Source of the DNA: a virus
Reading direction: 5' to 3' (one strand)
Length of the DNA stretch: 64,000 bases
IMG/VR virus record: IMGVR_UViG_3300042330_000875
Location: 32,001 to 96,000 of that record
The position numbers were made by a program, and so were the translations under genes. This document shows positions 38,857-48,862 of this stretch, one piece after another. The notes beneath the pieces are model-generated. The model saw only the letters and a program-made list of their open reading frames with translations. It was not told where the DNA came from and did no database searches. How positions within the stretch are numbered: position 1 is the stretch's first letter; each line of letters starts with the position of its first letter.

Positions 38857-39343
38857 ATTATTAGATAATACTGGCGCTCATATTGACATGAGCAATATAA
38901 ATGTAAAAGTAGAAAATTTTTATTGTATTTTAGATTGGAGTAATCAAAACGATGTTGATTTTAAATTCAATTTATTAGACATGTTAGTACAAGAATCTTG
39001 GCCGGTTGGAGTATTAAAAATAGGCGATGCTGTAATTCAGTTGCCGTTAAATTGGAAAATAGCAGTAGCAGACAGAAACTGTGAATATATTGAAATGATT
39101 GAAATTACTGAATTAAGAAAACGTCCATTTTGTGCTTTTGGTTTTGATCCTTTACGCGGTTTCTATCCTGAATTTTTACCGATTGAATTAATTGATCGTT
39201 ATCCAAATATGGATATATTATGGCCTTTATTAAAAAATGGTCATTTATTAAGTTACCCAATTAAGAAAAATTGTTGTATTTTTATTTGTCCACCAGAAGT
39301 AAAAATTCCAGATATGCTTGATATAGGAAAAATATTTCAATGA
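38849..39343 (+). CDS. Conserved phage hypothetical protein
   Basis: Coupled to uvsW; likely start ATG 38849. Confidence 0.7.
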   Translation: MIKLLDNTGAHIDMSNINVKVENFYCILDWSNQNDVDFKFNLLDMLVQESWPVGVLKIGDAVIQLPLNWKIAVADRNCEYIEMIEITELRKRPFCAFGFDPLRGFYPEFLPIELIDRYPNMDILWPLLKNGHLLSYPIKKNCCIFICPPEVKIPDMLDIGKIFQ

Positions 39344-40008
39344 AAACATTAAAAATTTGTAATGCCGGATTAAAAAATCAAATGGTATTTGAAGTAAAAA
39401 ATTTCATTTATTATAGAAATAATAAAGAATATGTTTTAGATCGTCAAATTGAACAAGGACGATTAAGATTTATAAAAGATGGCGAAATTGATTTTGAAAT
39501 ATCATTAAGTAAAATATTCCACATTATTTTTTCTGAACAACGATATATTGATAGTACAACGGTAAATGAATATTTTAGAAAAGAAAATACTAAATTTACA
39601 ATAAATCAATTTATGTGTAATCGTATTCATAAAAATTTATTCAATAAATTTTATGAAAATTTTAATGGTGAAAATTCTATTGAACTTGATATAAGTGATG
39701 ATTTATTTTTATCTCATAGTTATGGATTAACACATGTAAATTTATTACGTAAAAATAAAGTTAAAAAAGAAAAACCAAAAATTGTTCATTTAGATAAAAT
39801 TGGTACTGAAATAGAAATTGACGATTTAGTTATTGGATGTAGAGATAATAATCTTCATATTACTACTGTTAAAAAATTATGTCCTTTAATGTTATTATTA
39901 AGCAATAATGTTTATGTTTATAAAAAAGAAACAGTTGTTATAAAAAAGCATGATCCTAGTTATGAGCAATTTAACGCATTAAGTATTTTAATTGAATTAA
40001 GAAAATAA
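39340..40008 (+). CDS. Hypothetical protein
   Basis: Coupled ORF; DKIGTEIEIDD motif. Confidence 0.7.
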   Translation: MKTLKICNAGLKNQMVFEVKNFIYYRNNKEYVLDRQIEQGRLRFIKDGEIDFEISLSKIFHIIFSEQRYIDSTTVNEYFRKENTKFTINQFMCNRIHKNLFNKFYENFNGENSIELDISDDLFLSHSYGLTHVNLLRKNKVKKEKPKIVHLDKIGTEIEIDDLVIGCRDNNLHITTVKKLCPLMLLLSNNVYVYKKETVVIKKHDPSYEQFNALSILIELRK

Positions 40009-40077
40009 CTCTTGACATAACTTAGAAAATTTTCTATATTAGTTTCATCAACGAGACAGAATAAAGGATATATAATT

Positions 40078-40269
40078 ATGGAAAATAAAAAAATTTATGT
40101 TGTTTATACTGACTGGAATGGAAGTATGACCTCTGATCATCGCGCGGTTGAAATTAATAAAGCTTTTACTAATATTGAAAAAGCAAACGAGTATATTATC
40201 GATCAATTAGTTAATTATGAAATTATTCCTCGAAAATATATTTTTATTGAAGAAATTGAATTGGAATAG
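40078..40269 (+). CDS. Small hypothetical protein under a strong early promoter
   Basis: TTGACA-17-TATATT upstream (from 40012); terminator at 40285-40310. Confidence 0.7.
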   Translation: MENKKIYVVYTDWNGSMTSDHRAVEINKAFTNIEKANEYIIDQLVNYEIIPRKYIFIEEIELE

Positions 40270-40379
40270 TTTTAAACTTAAATTAAAAGCGGGAAATTTC
40301 CCGCTTTTTTCATATAAAATAAATTCTTGACAAAATCATCAATTAATGGCAAATTTGAAAACTAACAAGGAGATTTTTA

Positions 40380-40853
40380 ATGTCATTAACTGTTTTTTTA
40401 GATTCCGATGGTGTTTTGGCTGATTTTGATCGCAGGGCGCGCGAATTGCTTAATTGTGATCATCGTCGGTTGCCTGATGAAGAAATGTGGCGTCGTTTAA
40501 ATGAATTTGAAGATTTTTGGCATACTATCCCCAAGCGGTATGATGCTGATGAATTAGTTGCAGGCGTAAGGGAATTGGGTTATGAACCTGTAATCATTAC
40601 AGGTTGCCCTAAATCAAATTATGAAGTTGCTGATAAGGGCAAACGTGATTTCTTTAATCAGCATTGGCCTGAATTTACGGTTCACACTTGTTTGTCAAGA
40701 AATAAAGCATCATTTATGAGAAATCCTGGTGATATTCTCATTGATGATTTTAAAAGCAATTGCAAGCGGTGGGCAGCGGCAAATGGTGTGCCAATTTGGC
40801 ATAAAAATACCAAACAAACTTTAACTGAACTTAAAAACATTTTAGGAGTATAA
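40380..40853 (+). CDS. HAD-family 5'(3')-deoxyribonucleotidase-like
   Basis: FLDSDGVLADF, IITG, ILIDD. Confidence 0.85.
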   Translation: MSLTVFLDSDGVLADFDRRARELLNCDHRRLPDEEMWRRLNEFEDFWHTIPKRYDADELVAGVRELGYEPVIITGCPKSNYEVADKGKRDFFNQHWPEFTVHTCLSRNKASFMRNPGDILIDDFKSNCKRWAAANGVPIWHKNTKQTLTELKNILGV

Positions 40854-40854
40854 T

Positions 40855-41256
40855 ATGAGTAATGTAGTTTTTGATCCACACGCAAGAGAACAAAAAGAAG
40901 CAACTTTTGAACGAGTTATTGAAAATGTTAATCCATTTGAAAATGATAGCATTTGGACACAAAAGTTAGCTTTAAATTGGAGCGTGTTAGCGGTTTATGA
41001 TTGTAGTAAATTGGAAAATATGTTTGGCGTATTTCCTGAAACTGCAAAAATTGCTGATTATTTTAAACAACAAAACATCGATGTTTATGTTGAAAATCTT
41101 CCTTGGATTAATCGTTATGGTAAAAACGGCATGAAAATGAACAAACTTAAACCAGCCGATCATGTAATTAGAGTTTATGCTAATTCAAAAGAAGTTTTAG
41201 AAAATTCACCTTTTGAATGGGTTCAATTTCAAATTAAGGATGAAAAATATTCTTAA
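40855..41256 (+). CDS. Hypothetical protein
   Basis: ORF with AGGAG RBS. Confidence 0.7.
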   Translation: MSNVVFDPHAREQKEATFERVIENVNPFENDSIWTQKLALNWSVLAVYDCSKLENMFGVFPETAKIADYFKQQNIDVYVENLPWINRYGKNGMKMNKLKPADHVIRVYANSKEVLENSPFEWVQFQIKDEKYS

Positions 41257-41588
41257 TGTTTATTTATTATGTTGATGGAAATAAATTTACAACCGATAAT
41301 AAAGATGGAATTAATTTTTATGATATTTCATCCCCCAATGATGATATTCCTGCTTTTGAAGATTTATCTGATGGATATAAATCTTGGTTTGAAAAAAAAG
41401 TAATTTGGCATCGATTAACTGGGCCAGCTAGAATTTGGTTTGATGGGACAGAAGAATTTTATTTAAATGGAATTGGTTATCCTTCTATAAAAGAATGGAT
41501 TAATGATCATCCAAATCCCGATTTATACTTCGATGCAATTGGAATAAAAACAGAAACTGAACGAGTTTTGTGGTTTTTACAAAATTAA
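41256..41588 (+). CDS. HRLTGPA family protein copy 16 (tail P)
   Basis: Family motifs. Confidence 0.85.
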   Translation: MFIYYVDGNKFTTDNKDGINFYDISSPNDDIPAFEDLSDGYKSWFEKKVIWHRLTGPARIWFDGTEEFYLNGIGYPSIKEWINDHPNPDLYFDAIGIKTETERVLWFLQN

Positions 41589-41601
41589 AAAGGAATAAAT
41601 T

Positions 41602-41801
41602 ATGAAAAAAGGTGCCGGTATTGTTTTTATGGTTTTGTTTATTCAACTTATTTTGTTAAATGTAATAAAGAAGAGATTTTAAATCAATTTAAATTTACTA
41701 ATGAAATCAAAGACTTACAATTTTTCGATATTAATAATTTACCAAAAAATTGCTTATTTAATAATAAATTTATTGAAAATTTAAAATCACACATTCATTG
41801 A
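41602..41801 (+). pseudogene. Internally deleted, frameshifted Nudix-like remnant
   Basis: MKKGAGIVF, then in a shifted frame YSTYF..NEIKDLQFFDINNLP; no Nudix box. Confidence 0.4.
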
Positions 41802-42167
41802 TAATTGTTCTCGATTAAATTCTATTGTATAATTATCAATAACGTTTTCTGGAACATAGGTTAAAGTCATTTCTATTCTTACACCATATTCATAATTTAC
41901 AACATTAATATAATCCAATCTAACCCGACCTTTTTGTTCATCTACGATTCGCATTGCTTCCGCAACAATTGCATCTTTTGTACTTTGCACAAATGGTTCG
42001 GCTAAATAATTCCAAATTCTACAACCCCAATCAGGGCGCATAACACGTTCACCTATTCTTGTGTTAAAATGATTCATTAAACTCCTTTTAACTAAAGGAA
42101 TATCAACCAATTCAAAATTTTTATCTCTAGGATCGTTGGGCGCTTCCCAACCACGAAAATAAACCAT
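41787..42167 (-). CDS. Baseplate wedge subunit (T4 gp25-like)
   Basis: LMNHFNTRIGERVMRPDWGC. Confidence 0.9.
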   Translation of the reverse strand: MVYFRGWEAPNDPRDKNFELVDIPLVKRSLMNHFNTRIGERVMRPDWGCRIWNYLAEPFVQSTKDAIVAEAMRIVDEQKGRVRLDYINVVNYEYGVRIEMTLTYVPENVIDNYTIEFNREQLSMNV

Positions 42168-42189
42168 AAAAATATTTAAAGGATATTTA

Positions 42190-42501
42190 ATGACTTATAT
42201 TTATTATATTGATGGTGAAAAATTTACAACCGATACTAAAAATGAAATTCCTCGTAATGAAATTTCATCTCCTGATGAAATTACACCTGCACTTGAAAAT
42301 TTATCAACAGGAGTTAAAATTTGGTGTAAAAAAGGATTTATTTGGCATCGTTTAACTGGACCAGGGATTATTCTCTCAGATGGTAAAAAAGAGTTTTATT
42401 TAAATGATAAATGTTATTTTAGAAATGTAAAAGATTGGTTAGCAGATCACCCAAATCAAGATAACGCCTTTCAAGTAGAAATGCTTTTAAAATATTCTTG
42501 A
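42190..42501 (+). CDS. HRLTGPA family protein copy 17 (tail Q)
   Basis: Family motifs. Confidence 0.85.
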   Translation: MTYIYYIDGEKFTTDTKNEIPRNEISSPDEITPALENLSTGVKIWCKKGFIWHRLTGPGIILSDGKKEFYLNDKCYFRNVKDWLADHPNQDNAFQVEMLLKYS

Positions 42502-42559
42502 CAATGAATATTGTTTCTCATATAATCTATTATCATTTTTAGATTGGGGGAGTAAAAAA

Positions 42560-43009
42560 ATGTTTGATTTTCCGTTTAAATCTCGCGGTAAGTTAATTTA
42601 TGATCCTAATCGTCAAAATATGAAAAATCGCGTTAAGCGATGGGCAGTTTTACAAGTTGATCAAGAAATTTCAAATTATTATCGTTGGTGGGTTAATCAT
42701 CTTTATCATAAACATTTGCTTGTTCCTGCTTGGGGTGCCCACATTTCTGTAATTCGTGGTGAACGAGATTTTGTATCAAGCAATGTTGATATGGATACGT
42801 CGTTATGGAAAAAATACCATAATCAATGGTTTGAATTTGAATATTCCAATCAACCGTATTCTGTTAAAAATGGTAATTTTTGGGTTATTCGAGTTCGTTC
42901 CGATGATCTTATGGAAATTCGCAAAGAAATGGGATTGATTAATCGATTTGATGATCCTCTTCACATTACCATTGGTAAAGATCCACACAAAGACTTAAAG
43001 GAGTTTTAA
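42560..43009 (+). CDS. 2H phosphoesterase superfamily protein
   Basis: Two Hx(S/T) motifs: AHISV and LHITIG. Confidence 0.65.
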   Translation: MFDFPFKSRGKLIYDPNRQNMKNRVKRWAVLQVDQEISNYYRWWVNHLYHKHLLVPAWGAHISVIRGERDFVSSNVDMDTSLWKKYHNQWFEFEYSNQPYSVKNGNFWVIRVRSDDLMEIRKEMGLINRFDDPLHITIGKDPHKDLKEF

Positions 43010-43321
43010 ATGAAAGTTTTATTTTTATTATTTTGTTTGTTTAGTTTTAGCGCAAAGGCTGCTGTAACTCCAAAACAACAAAATTTTTGTGATACTGGAT
43101 TAGTTCATGTTTTATTAAATGATGATCCTCCCCAAGAATTTTATGTTGAATTAAGCAAAACCGAATATAAATATATTTGGTTTCATCAACTAAATACAGC
43201 ATTAATGATTTATTGGGAAAATAATATCGATTTAAATCAAATTGAATTATTTTTACGCAAACAACCATTTATTTCATCAGTACAATGTTTGGATACAAAG
43301 GATTTTAAACAAAGAAGATAA
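43010..43321 (+). CDS. Exported hypothetical protein
   Basis: Signal peptide ending FSAKA. Confidence 0.65.
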   Translation: MKVLFLLFCLFSFSAKAAVTPKQQNFCDTGLVHVLLNDDPPQEFYVELSKTEYKYIWFHQLNTALMIYWENNIDLNQIELFLRKQPFISSVQCLDTKDFKQRR

Positions 43322-43809
43322 TGATCGAGTTAGATAAAAAACAAAGATTAGCATTAGAATTATTAAGAGCCATTAGACAAGATGGTGGCTCTGATAATTC
43401 TTATTCAAAATCTGATAAAGAAAAATTAAATGAAGAAAAAACAATTGAAAATAAAAATGATCCTAAAAGAAATAATAAGCGTCATTATCATCCTGAATTA
43501 AAAGCTAAAATTAATAATAAAGAATATGATGTATTGGATTTTAGTATAAGTGGTGCTAAAATTAAAATTAATCTTTGGGATTTTTCAAGTAAAAATGCTA
43601 ATGAATTTTTTGCAGTATTTCAATTAAAAGATAAAACTACGTTTGTAAAATGTCGTGGTATGTGGATTGATCGACAAAATAAAGAAATGGGAATTAAATT
43701 CTTATCATTATCAGAATCATCTTGGTCATTTTTTAATGATATTTTATTTGATATGGTAAAATCACAACAAAAACCACAAACAAAAAAGAAATTTTGGGGG
43801 ATATTTTAA
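43321..43809 (+). CDS. PilZ-domain protein (putative c-di-GMP binding)
   Basis: RNNKR (RxxxR), DFSISG (DxSxxG), MGIKF..LS. Confidence 0.75.
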   Translation: MIELDKKQRLALELLRAIRQDGGSDNSYSKSDKEKLNEEKTIENKNDPKRNNKRHYHPELKAKINNKEYDVLDFSISGAKIKINLWDFSSKNANEFFAVFQLKDKTTFVKCRGMWIDRQNKEMGIKFLSLSESSWSFFNDILFDMVKSQQKPQTKKKFWGIF

Positions 43810-44138
43810 TGAGTGCAATTGTAATTACTGATAATGCTAAACAACATTTAATTGATTTAACAAAACAACATAATAAAAATAGTTTTATTCTTGGTTTAAG
43901 AGCAAAAGGTTGTTCTGGATTTCAATATAGTTTTGATTTTTATGATAATGAACAAAATGTAACTGAAATTGATTATAATGAATTTAAACTTTATGTTGAA
44001 AATGAAAGTTTAATTTATATCATTGGTACTGTTATAGATTTAGAAAAAACAATGTTTTCTTCAGGATTAACTTTTACTAATCCAAATGCATCAGGTGGCT
44101 GTGGGTGCGGAGAAAGTTTTAATTTAGATATGGAATAA
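43809..44138 (+). CDS. iscA: Fe-S cluster A-type carrier (IscA/HesB)
   Basis: ITDNA, KGCSGFQY, NPNA..CGCGESF. Confidence 0.92.
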   Translation: MSAIVITDNAKQHLIDLTKQHNKNSFILGLRAKGCSGFQYSFDFYDNEQNVTEIDYNEFKLYVENESLIYIIGTVIDLEKTMFSSGLTFTNPNASGGCGCGESFNLDME

Positions 44139-44163
44139 AAAAGGAAGCTTTTAGCTTCCTTTT

Positions 44164-44286
44164 TTATTTCGATGTTTCGGTTTTCTTTACAATAATAACA
44201 GTTTTACGAACTGCTACTGATGTATCGCCTTTTGCATAAGCAACAGCTTGACGCATACCAGCAAGAATTTTATTAGGTTTAGACAT
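44164..44286 (-). CDS. 40-aa peptide resembling an antitoxin N-terminal helix
   Basis: MSKPNKILAGMRQAVAYAKGD...; own TTGACA promoter, AAGGA RBS and terminator 44137-44165. Confidence 0.55.
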   Translation of the reverse strand: MSKPNKILAGMRQAVAYAKGDTSVAVRKTVIIVKKTETSK

Positions 44287-44355
44287 TTTGTATTTTCCTT
44301 TCGTTTAATTGATATTGCAATTTAAAACATTTTTCTTTTTATGTCAACAACTTTT

Positions 44356-45021
44356 TTACATTATTTTTGTTAAAATCGGACGAATATTGGCTTTGCTATT
44401 ATCATCTGACCAAACACTTTGATCATATTCACCATCTTGTTTACCATGATATAAAATAACATCAGTTTCTAAAATTTCAGAATTATTTAAATCAACTAAA
44501 TCAACTTGGATATCAATTTGATTTGATAAATATGTCCATAATTTTCTGGCACCAAAATATTGATGTTTATCGCCTAAAATATTAAGTCCTAAATTATTAA
44601 CAATCCATTTATACATCATGGCTGCTAACCCTCGGTTTCTAAATTCATTACCAACATACACGCCTCTTACTGAAAATAAACTATTATAGCCTAATTGATT
44701 ACCAATAGAATTTCGATCTTCAAATGCAATCTGAAAAATAGTCCGAAAAACATTTTTTATTTCTGTACCAGATTTTGTTTCACGAGTTATTGTTGTTTCA
44801 AAACCGGCAATAAAAACATGATCGCTATGTAATCGCGCAATTATAAATTTATCTCCTTTATTCTCAATAACATCAACTTTTTTCCATAATGTATCAAAAT
44901 AGTCTAATGAAATATCCATTTCAAAATTTTCACCAAAACCCGACCAATCGCCAGGAACAGCAATTGGTTGTTCTTTTAATTTTCTTTTTTCATAGGCTTC
45001 TAATAATTCATCTAATGTCAT
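44356..45021 (-). CDS. GNAT-fold acetyltransferase-like protein
   Basis: VYVGNEFRNRGLA motif A; GARKLW. Confidence 0.55.
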   Translation of the reverse strand: MTLDELLEAYEKRKLKEQPIAVPGDWSGFGENFEMDISLDYFDTLWKKVDVIENKGDKFIIARLHSDHVFIAGFETTITRETKSGTEIKNVFRTIFQIAFEDRNSIGNQLGYNSLFSVRGVYVGNEFRNRGLAAMMYKWIVNNLGLNILGDKHQYFGARKLWTYLSNQIDIQVDLVDLNNSEILETDVILYHGKQDGEYDQSVWSDDNSKANIRPILTKIM

Positions 45022-45082
45022 TTTATTTTCCTTAACTATAATCGTTAATTTTATAATAATAAATTATTTTTGTCAATAGAAA

Positions 45083-47056
45083 TTATTCACCACTATTAAA
45101 AAGATCAATTAATGCATATCGATTTCCTTGAACACCAATTGCAGGCAAACAATCAGTTGTATTATTGGTAAAAGTCAAATTAGAATAAATTTTAGTTAAA
45201 CTCATATTTTCACATACGATTCCAGTAACATTATTTCTTATAATATTGGTTCCAGTATCCAAAAATGTCACAGTTGATGTATCTTTACATAATACACACA
45301 ATTGATTGTTTTCAAATAATGTTTCGTTTTCGCCCCCAATATAAATTATACTGGTACTTAAACCGATAACTTGTTCATTACCAACTGCACGAACGTTTTT
45401 AATTTCTAAATGTGATCCTCGCACACTTAATGCCTGATCTGAATCATAACATTCTAAATTTTTACTAATAAATCCAATATTAATTCCTTTATATCCTTGA
45501 GCACAACTATCAATAAATGTTTGATTAACATTTATAAAACTATTTCTTAAAAATCCAGCTTGCGCCATATTTGTTGCATAAAAATTTTGTGAATTAAATA
45601 AAGAATTAACTAATTTTAAACCTTCTTGAGTAAAAACATCTCGATAATCAGTTAAATTAAGTTGTGAATTTTTAGTCCAAACAGTTGTAGAATTACCGCT
45701 ACCTCTAATATATGTTACGTTTATATTTGCATTGATAGCATTTACACCCAAATCATTTCCAGATAATATTAATGTATTACCTCGTAAATTTTCAATTATA
45801 TCAATACCATTATTTGAATTTGATTCGATTAACGTATCGAACATTATATTTTTTACTTTGGAATAATTAATACCATAAAGACCAACATCGTTATTACAAA
45901 TTATATCATTTCCTGAAAAAAGTTGTGTAACAGTTTGTTGAACAAATAAAATATTTTCTAAAACTAAAGTTTTTTCAATATTAAAACATAAATTAGTTTG
46001 TGAAATTATTTTATTAGATGGTTTTTTAAAACTTCCTGTAACATTTAATAATGAAGGAATAATTGTAGTTTTCCAACTACAACGAACAACAATTAAATTA
46101 TTAATAGAATCTAATTGGATTATAGGCCATAATCCAATCAATACTTGAGAATTTTCTTGTCCAGAAACATTATTAATATAGATATAATCACCAATTGATA
46201 AACCAGTAGTCGTGCCTTGTAAAACAACATCATAGCTACCATAAGTTCCAGTAATTGTATTAACCGCAGTAAATGTTCCCGAAGTCCAAGGTAATCCACG
46301 TAAAATAATTTGAGAACTTTGTGGATGATTAATTTCAATTGTGTTTGTTATAGTTTGTTGACCAGTTATATCAATATAAATTTTTACATCAGGCGCTAAT
46401 GTATAATTTTTAATATAATTTAAAGCATCTTGTATTGTTGCATATTTCAATGGTACATTTAAAATAGTATCTTCAAGTAAATAAAAACTATCGATAGCAA
46501 TAACTCTACCATATTTATCAACAGTTAAATTTGGTTGAGAATAAAGACCTGGATTATTAATTACAGTTTCTAATCCAATTTCACCTTCTACGGTTATTAC
46601 TCCACCAGTTAAACCATTAGTTGCTGTTATTTTTTTAACTGTGCCTTCAAAGCCACCAGTTGATGTATCAATCCAAACCAAATTGTTATATATTTTTAAT
46701 TTTAAATTAGTAGTATCAAACCAAACATCGCCTTCAAATGGATTATTAGGTTGATTACCATAAAATACACCAACTGCTTTCCAATTAAAGCCATTCCATT
46801 GACGCAAATTATTATTTGTTGTATCATACCATAATTGGCCCGATACAGGTTTTGAAGGCGGTAAATCACCAGCAAAATTTTCCATTAAATACATAAAATT
46901 TTCCATAACCGCTTGGCCCCAATTGGGTTCTTCTGGACCGATAAAAGTTATATTAGTTGAAAAATTATCTCTTGTTTCAGCATTTAATCGCAATGGAAAA
47001 CGATTTTGCGGATCAGGTAAATTTGAAAAACGATTGATTAAAAACATATTTTGCAC
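45083..47056 (-). CDS. Tail/baseplate-associated structural protein with beta-helix C-terminus
   Basis: WGQAVMENFMYLMENFA..P..GQLWYD, VDKYGRV, YATIQDAL. Confidence 0.65.
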   Translation of the reverse strand: MQNMFLINRFSNLPDPQNRFPLRLNAETRDNFSTNITFIGPEEPNWGQAVMENFMYLMENFAGDLPPSKPVSGQLWYDTTNNNLRQWNGFNWKAVGVFYGNQPNNPFEGDVWFDTTNLKLKIYNNLVWIDTSTGGFEGTVKKITATNGLTGGVITVEGEIGLETVINNPGLYSQPNLTVDKYGRVIAIDSFYLLEDTILNVPLKYATIQDALNYIKNYTLAPDVKIYIDITGQQTITNTIEINHPQSSQIILRGLPWTSGTFTAVNTITGTYGSYDVVLQGTTTGLSIGDYIYINNVSGQENSQVLIGLWPIIQLDSINNLIVVRCSWKTTIIPSLLNVTGSFKKPSNKIISQTNLCFNIEKTLVLENILFVQQTVTQLFSGNDIICNNDVGLYGINYSKVKNIMFDTLIESNSNNGIDIIENLRGNTLILSGNDLGVNAINANINVTYIRGSGNSTTVWTKNSQLNLTDYRDVFTQEGLKLVNSLFNSQNFYATNMAQAGFLRNSFINVNQTFIDSCAQGYKGINIGFISKNLECYDSDQALSVRGSHLEIKNVRAVGNEQVIGLSTSIIYIGGENETLFENNQLCVLCKDTSTVTFLDTGTNIIRNNVTGIVCENMSLTKIYSNLTFTNNTTDCLPAIGVQGNRYALIDLFNSGE

Positions 47057-47143
47057 CTCTTATCTTATTTAAAAATTTAATTGTTGATATTAAATAATAT
47101 TCCAGGTAACATCTAATTTGTTGTTATTGGAAAGGAATTAAGA

Positions 47144-47392
47144 ATGGAAAATGTACTTTTTGTAAATTTGCTGGTTGAATATATTGCTTTTCTTGATAAG
47201 AAAGCAGTTAAAATTGCCGTTATCGATCTTCCAGATGAAGTTAAAAATGATTTTCAAATAAAACTTCGTCAATTTAATATTGATGGTAAGCTTTATCGTA
47301 TTGAAAATGAAAGCATTCCAAATTCATTATCTAATCGAGTAAAAGAAAATAATCTTGATCTTGAAGTTGGAAAAGTTATTTGTACTTGGTAA
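47144..47392 (+). CDS. Hypothetical protein
   Basis: ORF with AAGGA RBS. Confidence 0.6.
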   Translation: MENVLFVNLLVEYIAFLDKKAVKIAVIDLPDEVKNDFQIKLRQFNIDGKLYRIENESIPNSLSNRVKENNLDLEVGKVICTW

Positions 47393-47786
47393 CTATTTCT
47401 TGATCGAGTAAAAGAGGAAATGTTAATGGTGGAAGATTTTCAATTTTTTCTTCCACCATATAACTTAAAGTTATATGAGGATTGTATTTCTCATAATTTG
47501 TTTGAATTCCCAACAATTTCAACATATTAAATCGATTATTCAAATAATTGCTTTTTATTATAGCAACTAAAATAAGATTATCTTTACTATCTTTCCAATA
47601 TTCCCAACGATCAAAAATTAAATCATTAATTGGTTTTTGAATTGAAAAATTTACATCAACGGTACTATCACAAATTGTACAATGAAAAAATTCAGTAAAA
47701 TTTTTTATATTATTATCCAAACAAAATTTTTCTAAGCTTTTGTTTGTTTCTTCTTTAAAATCAACATAAAAATAAAATCCAGACAT
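47376..47786 (-). CDS. acb1: Anti-CBASS 2H phosphodiesterase (T4 gp57B-like)
   Basis: GFY..F.EET..L, HCTIC.S.V, S.YL..R..LG, YNPHITLSY, LLDQE follow the T4 Acb1 layout. Confidence 0.85.
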   Translation of the reverse strand: MSGFYFYVDFKEETNKSLEKFCLDNNIKNFTEFFHCTICDSTVDVNFSIQKPINDLIFDRWEYWKDSKDNLILVAIIKSNYLNNRFNMLKLLGIQTNYEKYNPHITLSYMVEEKIENLPPLTFPLLLDQEIVTKYK

Positions 47787-47814
47787 TAAATATTTAAAAC
47801 AAGTGGGTGAAAAA

Positions 47815-48180
47815 ATGTTTACTGGAATTACTGGATATTTAACTGTAGGTGTAGTTTTATTATTTTTAATGGTTGGTTTGGGTGCTTGGTATTATAAAAC
47901 AAGCTATGAAAGTTTATTAGCAAAAAATGCTGAAATTTCTCAACAATTAACAATAACAACAGAAACTTTAAAACAAACAAAAGAACAAATTGCGGAAATT
48001 GCCGAACAGCAAAAAATCCTTAATAACTCATTAGATGCAATTAGAAAAAAATCTATTACAGATAAAAGAACAATCAATCAATTAAATTTAAGTAAAGAAA
48101 CAATTCCTGATAATAAAGAAGCTGAACAAAAAGCAAATGAAGAAATTTTAAAATCTTTACGATTAGGAGATGCTAAATGA
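47815..48180 (+). CDS. Inner-membrane spanin (Rz-like)
   Basis: N-terminal TM helix plus coiled coil; followed by a lipoprotein gene. Confidence 0.7.
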   Translation: MFTGITGYLTVGVVLLFLMVGLGAWYYKTSYESLLAKNAEISQQLTITTETLKQTKEQIAEIAEQQKILNNSLDAIRKKSITDKRTINQLNLSKETIPDNKEAEQKANEEILKSLRLGDAK

Positions 48181-48503
48181 AATTTTTAATTTTATTATTA
48201 CCATTATTTTTAGTTGGTTGTGGATATTTTACTAAACCAGAAGTTTATGTAAATGATCCTATTCCTGTAGTTGCTCCTTTAGTTCAACCTTTAGAATTAA
48301 AAAAAATTACAGTTAATATCGCCAACTCAAGTGATTTTTTTGATAAACCCAACCAAAGATTAATTATCTTAACTGAAGATAATTTCAAAATTTATTTGGA
48401 AAACAATGTTGAGTTTTTTCGATATATTTCTGAACAAGAAAAAATAATCGAATTTTACGAAACTTTACAAAAAAGAAATTTACCAAAACCCGTTGACAAA
48501 TAA
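48177..48503 (+). CDS. Outer-membrane spanin (Rz1-like) lipoprotein
   Basis: Lipobox LVGC, Pro-rich segment. Confidence 0.7.
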   Translation: MKFLILLLPLFLVGCGYFTKPEVYVNDPIPVVAPLVQPLELKKITVNIANSSDFFDKPNQRLIILTEDNFKIYLENNVEFFRYISEQEKIIEFYETLQKRNLPKPVDK

Positions 48504-48553
48504 CAAAAAATTTATTATCCTTAAAGTCTAAAAAATATTTTAAGGAGATATAA

Positions 48554-48862
48554 ATGAGTTTTGTTTTTTACATTGAGGGTAATGAATTTACAACTCAAAA
48601 TTTTTGGAAAGTTCCTATTAATCAAGTTTCTTCACCAAATGATGAAACGCCAGCAATCGAAAATTTACGTACAGGGCACAAGTTTTGGTGCGAAAAAGGA
48701 TGGAAATTTCATCGATTAACAGGTCCAGCCGTAATTACGGGTGATGGATATAAAAAATTTTGTTTAAATGGAGAATATTACGAAAATGTAAGAGATTGGC
48801 TAAAAGAACATCCAAATCAAGATGAAACATTTCAAAAAGAAATGTTAGAAAAATACACTTAA
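48554..48862 (+). CDS. HRLTGPA family protein copy 18 (tail K/Q hybrid)
   Basis: Family motifs; own TTGACA promoter and terminator 48866-48895. Confidence 0.85.
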   Translation: MSFVFYIEGNEFTTQNFWKVPINQVSSPNDETPAIENLRTGHKFWCEKGWKFHRLTGPAVITGDGYKKFCLNGEYYENVRDWLKEHPNQDETFQKEMLEKYT

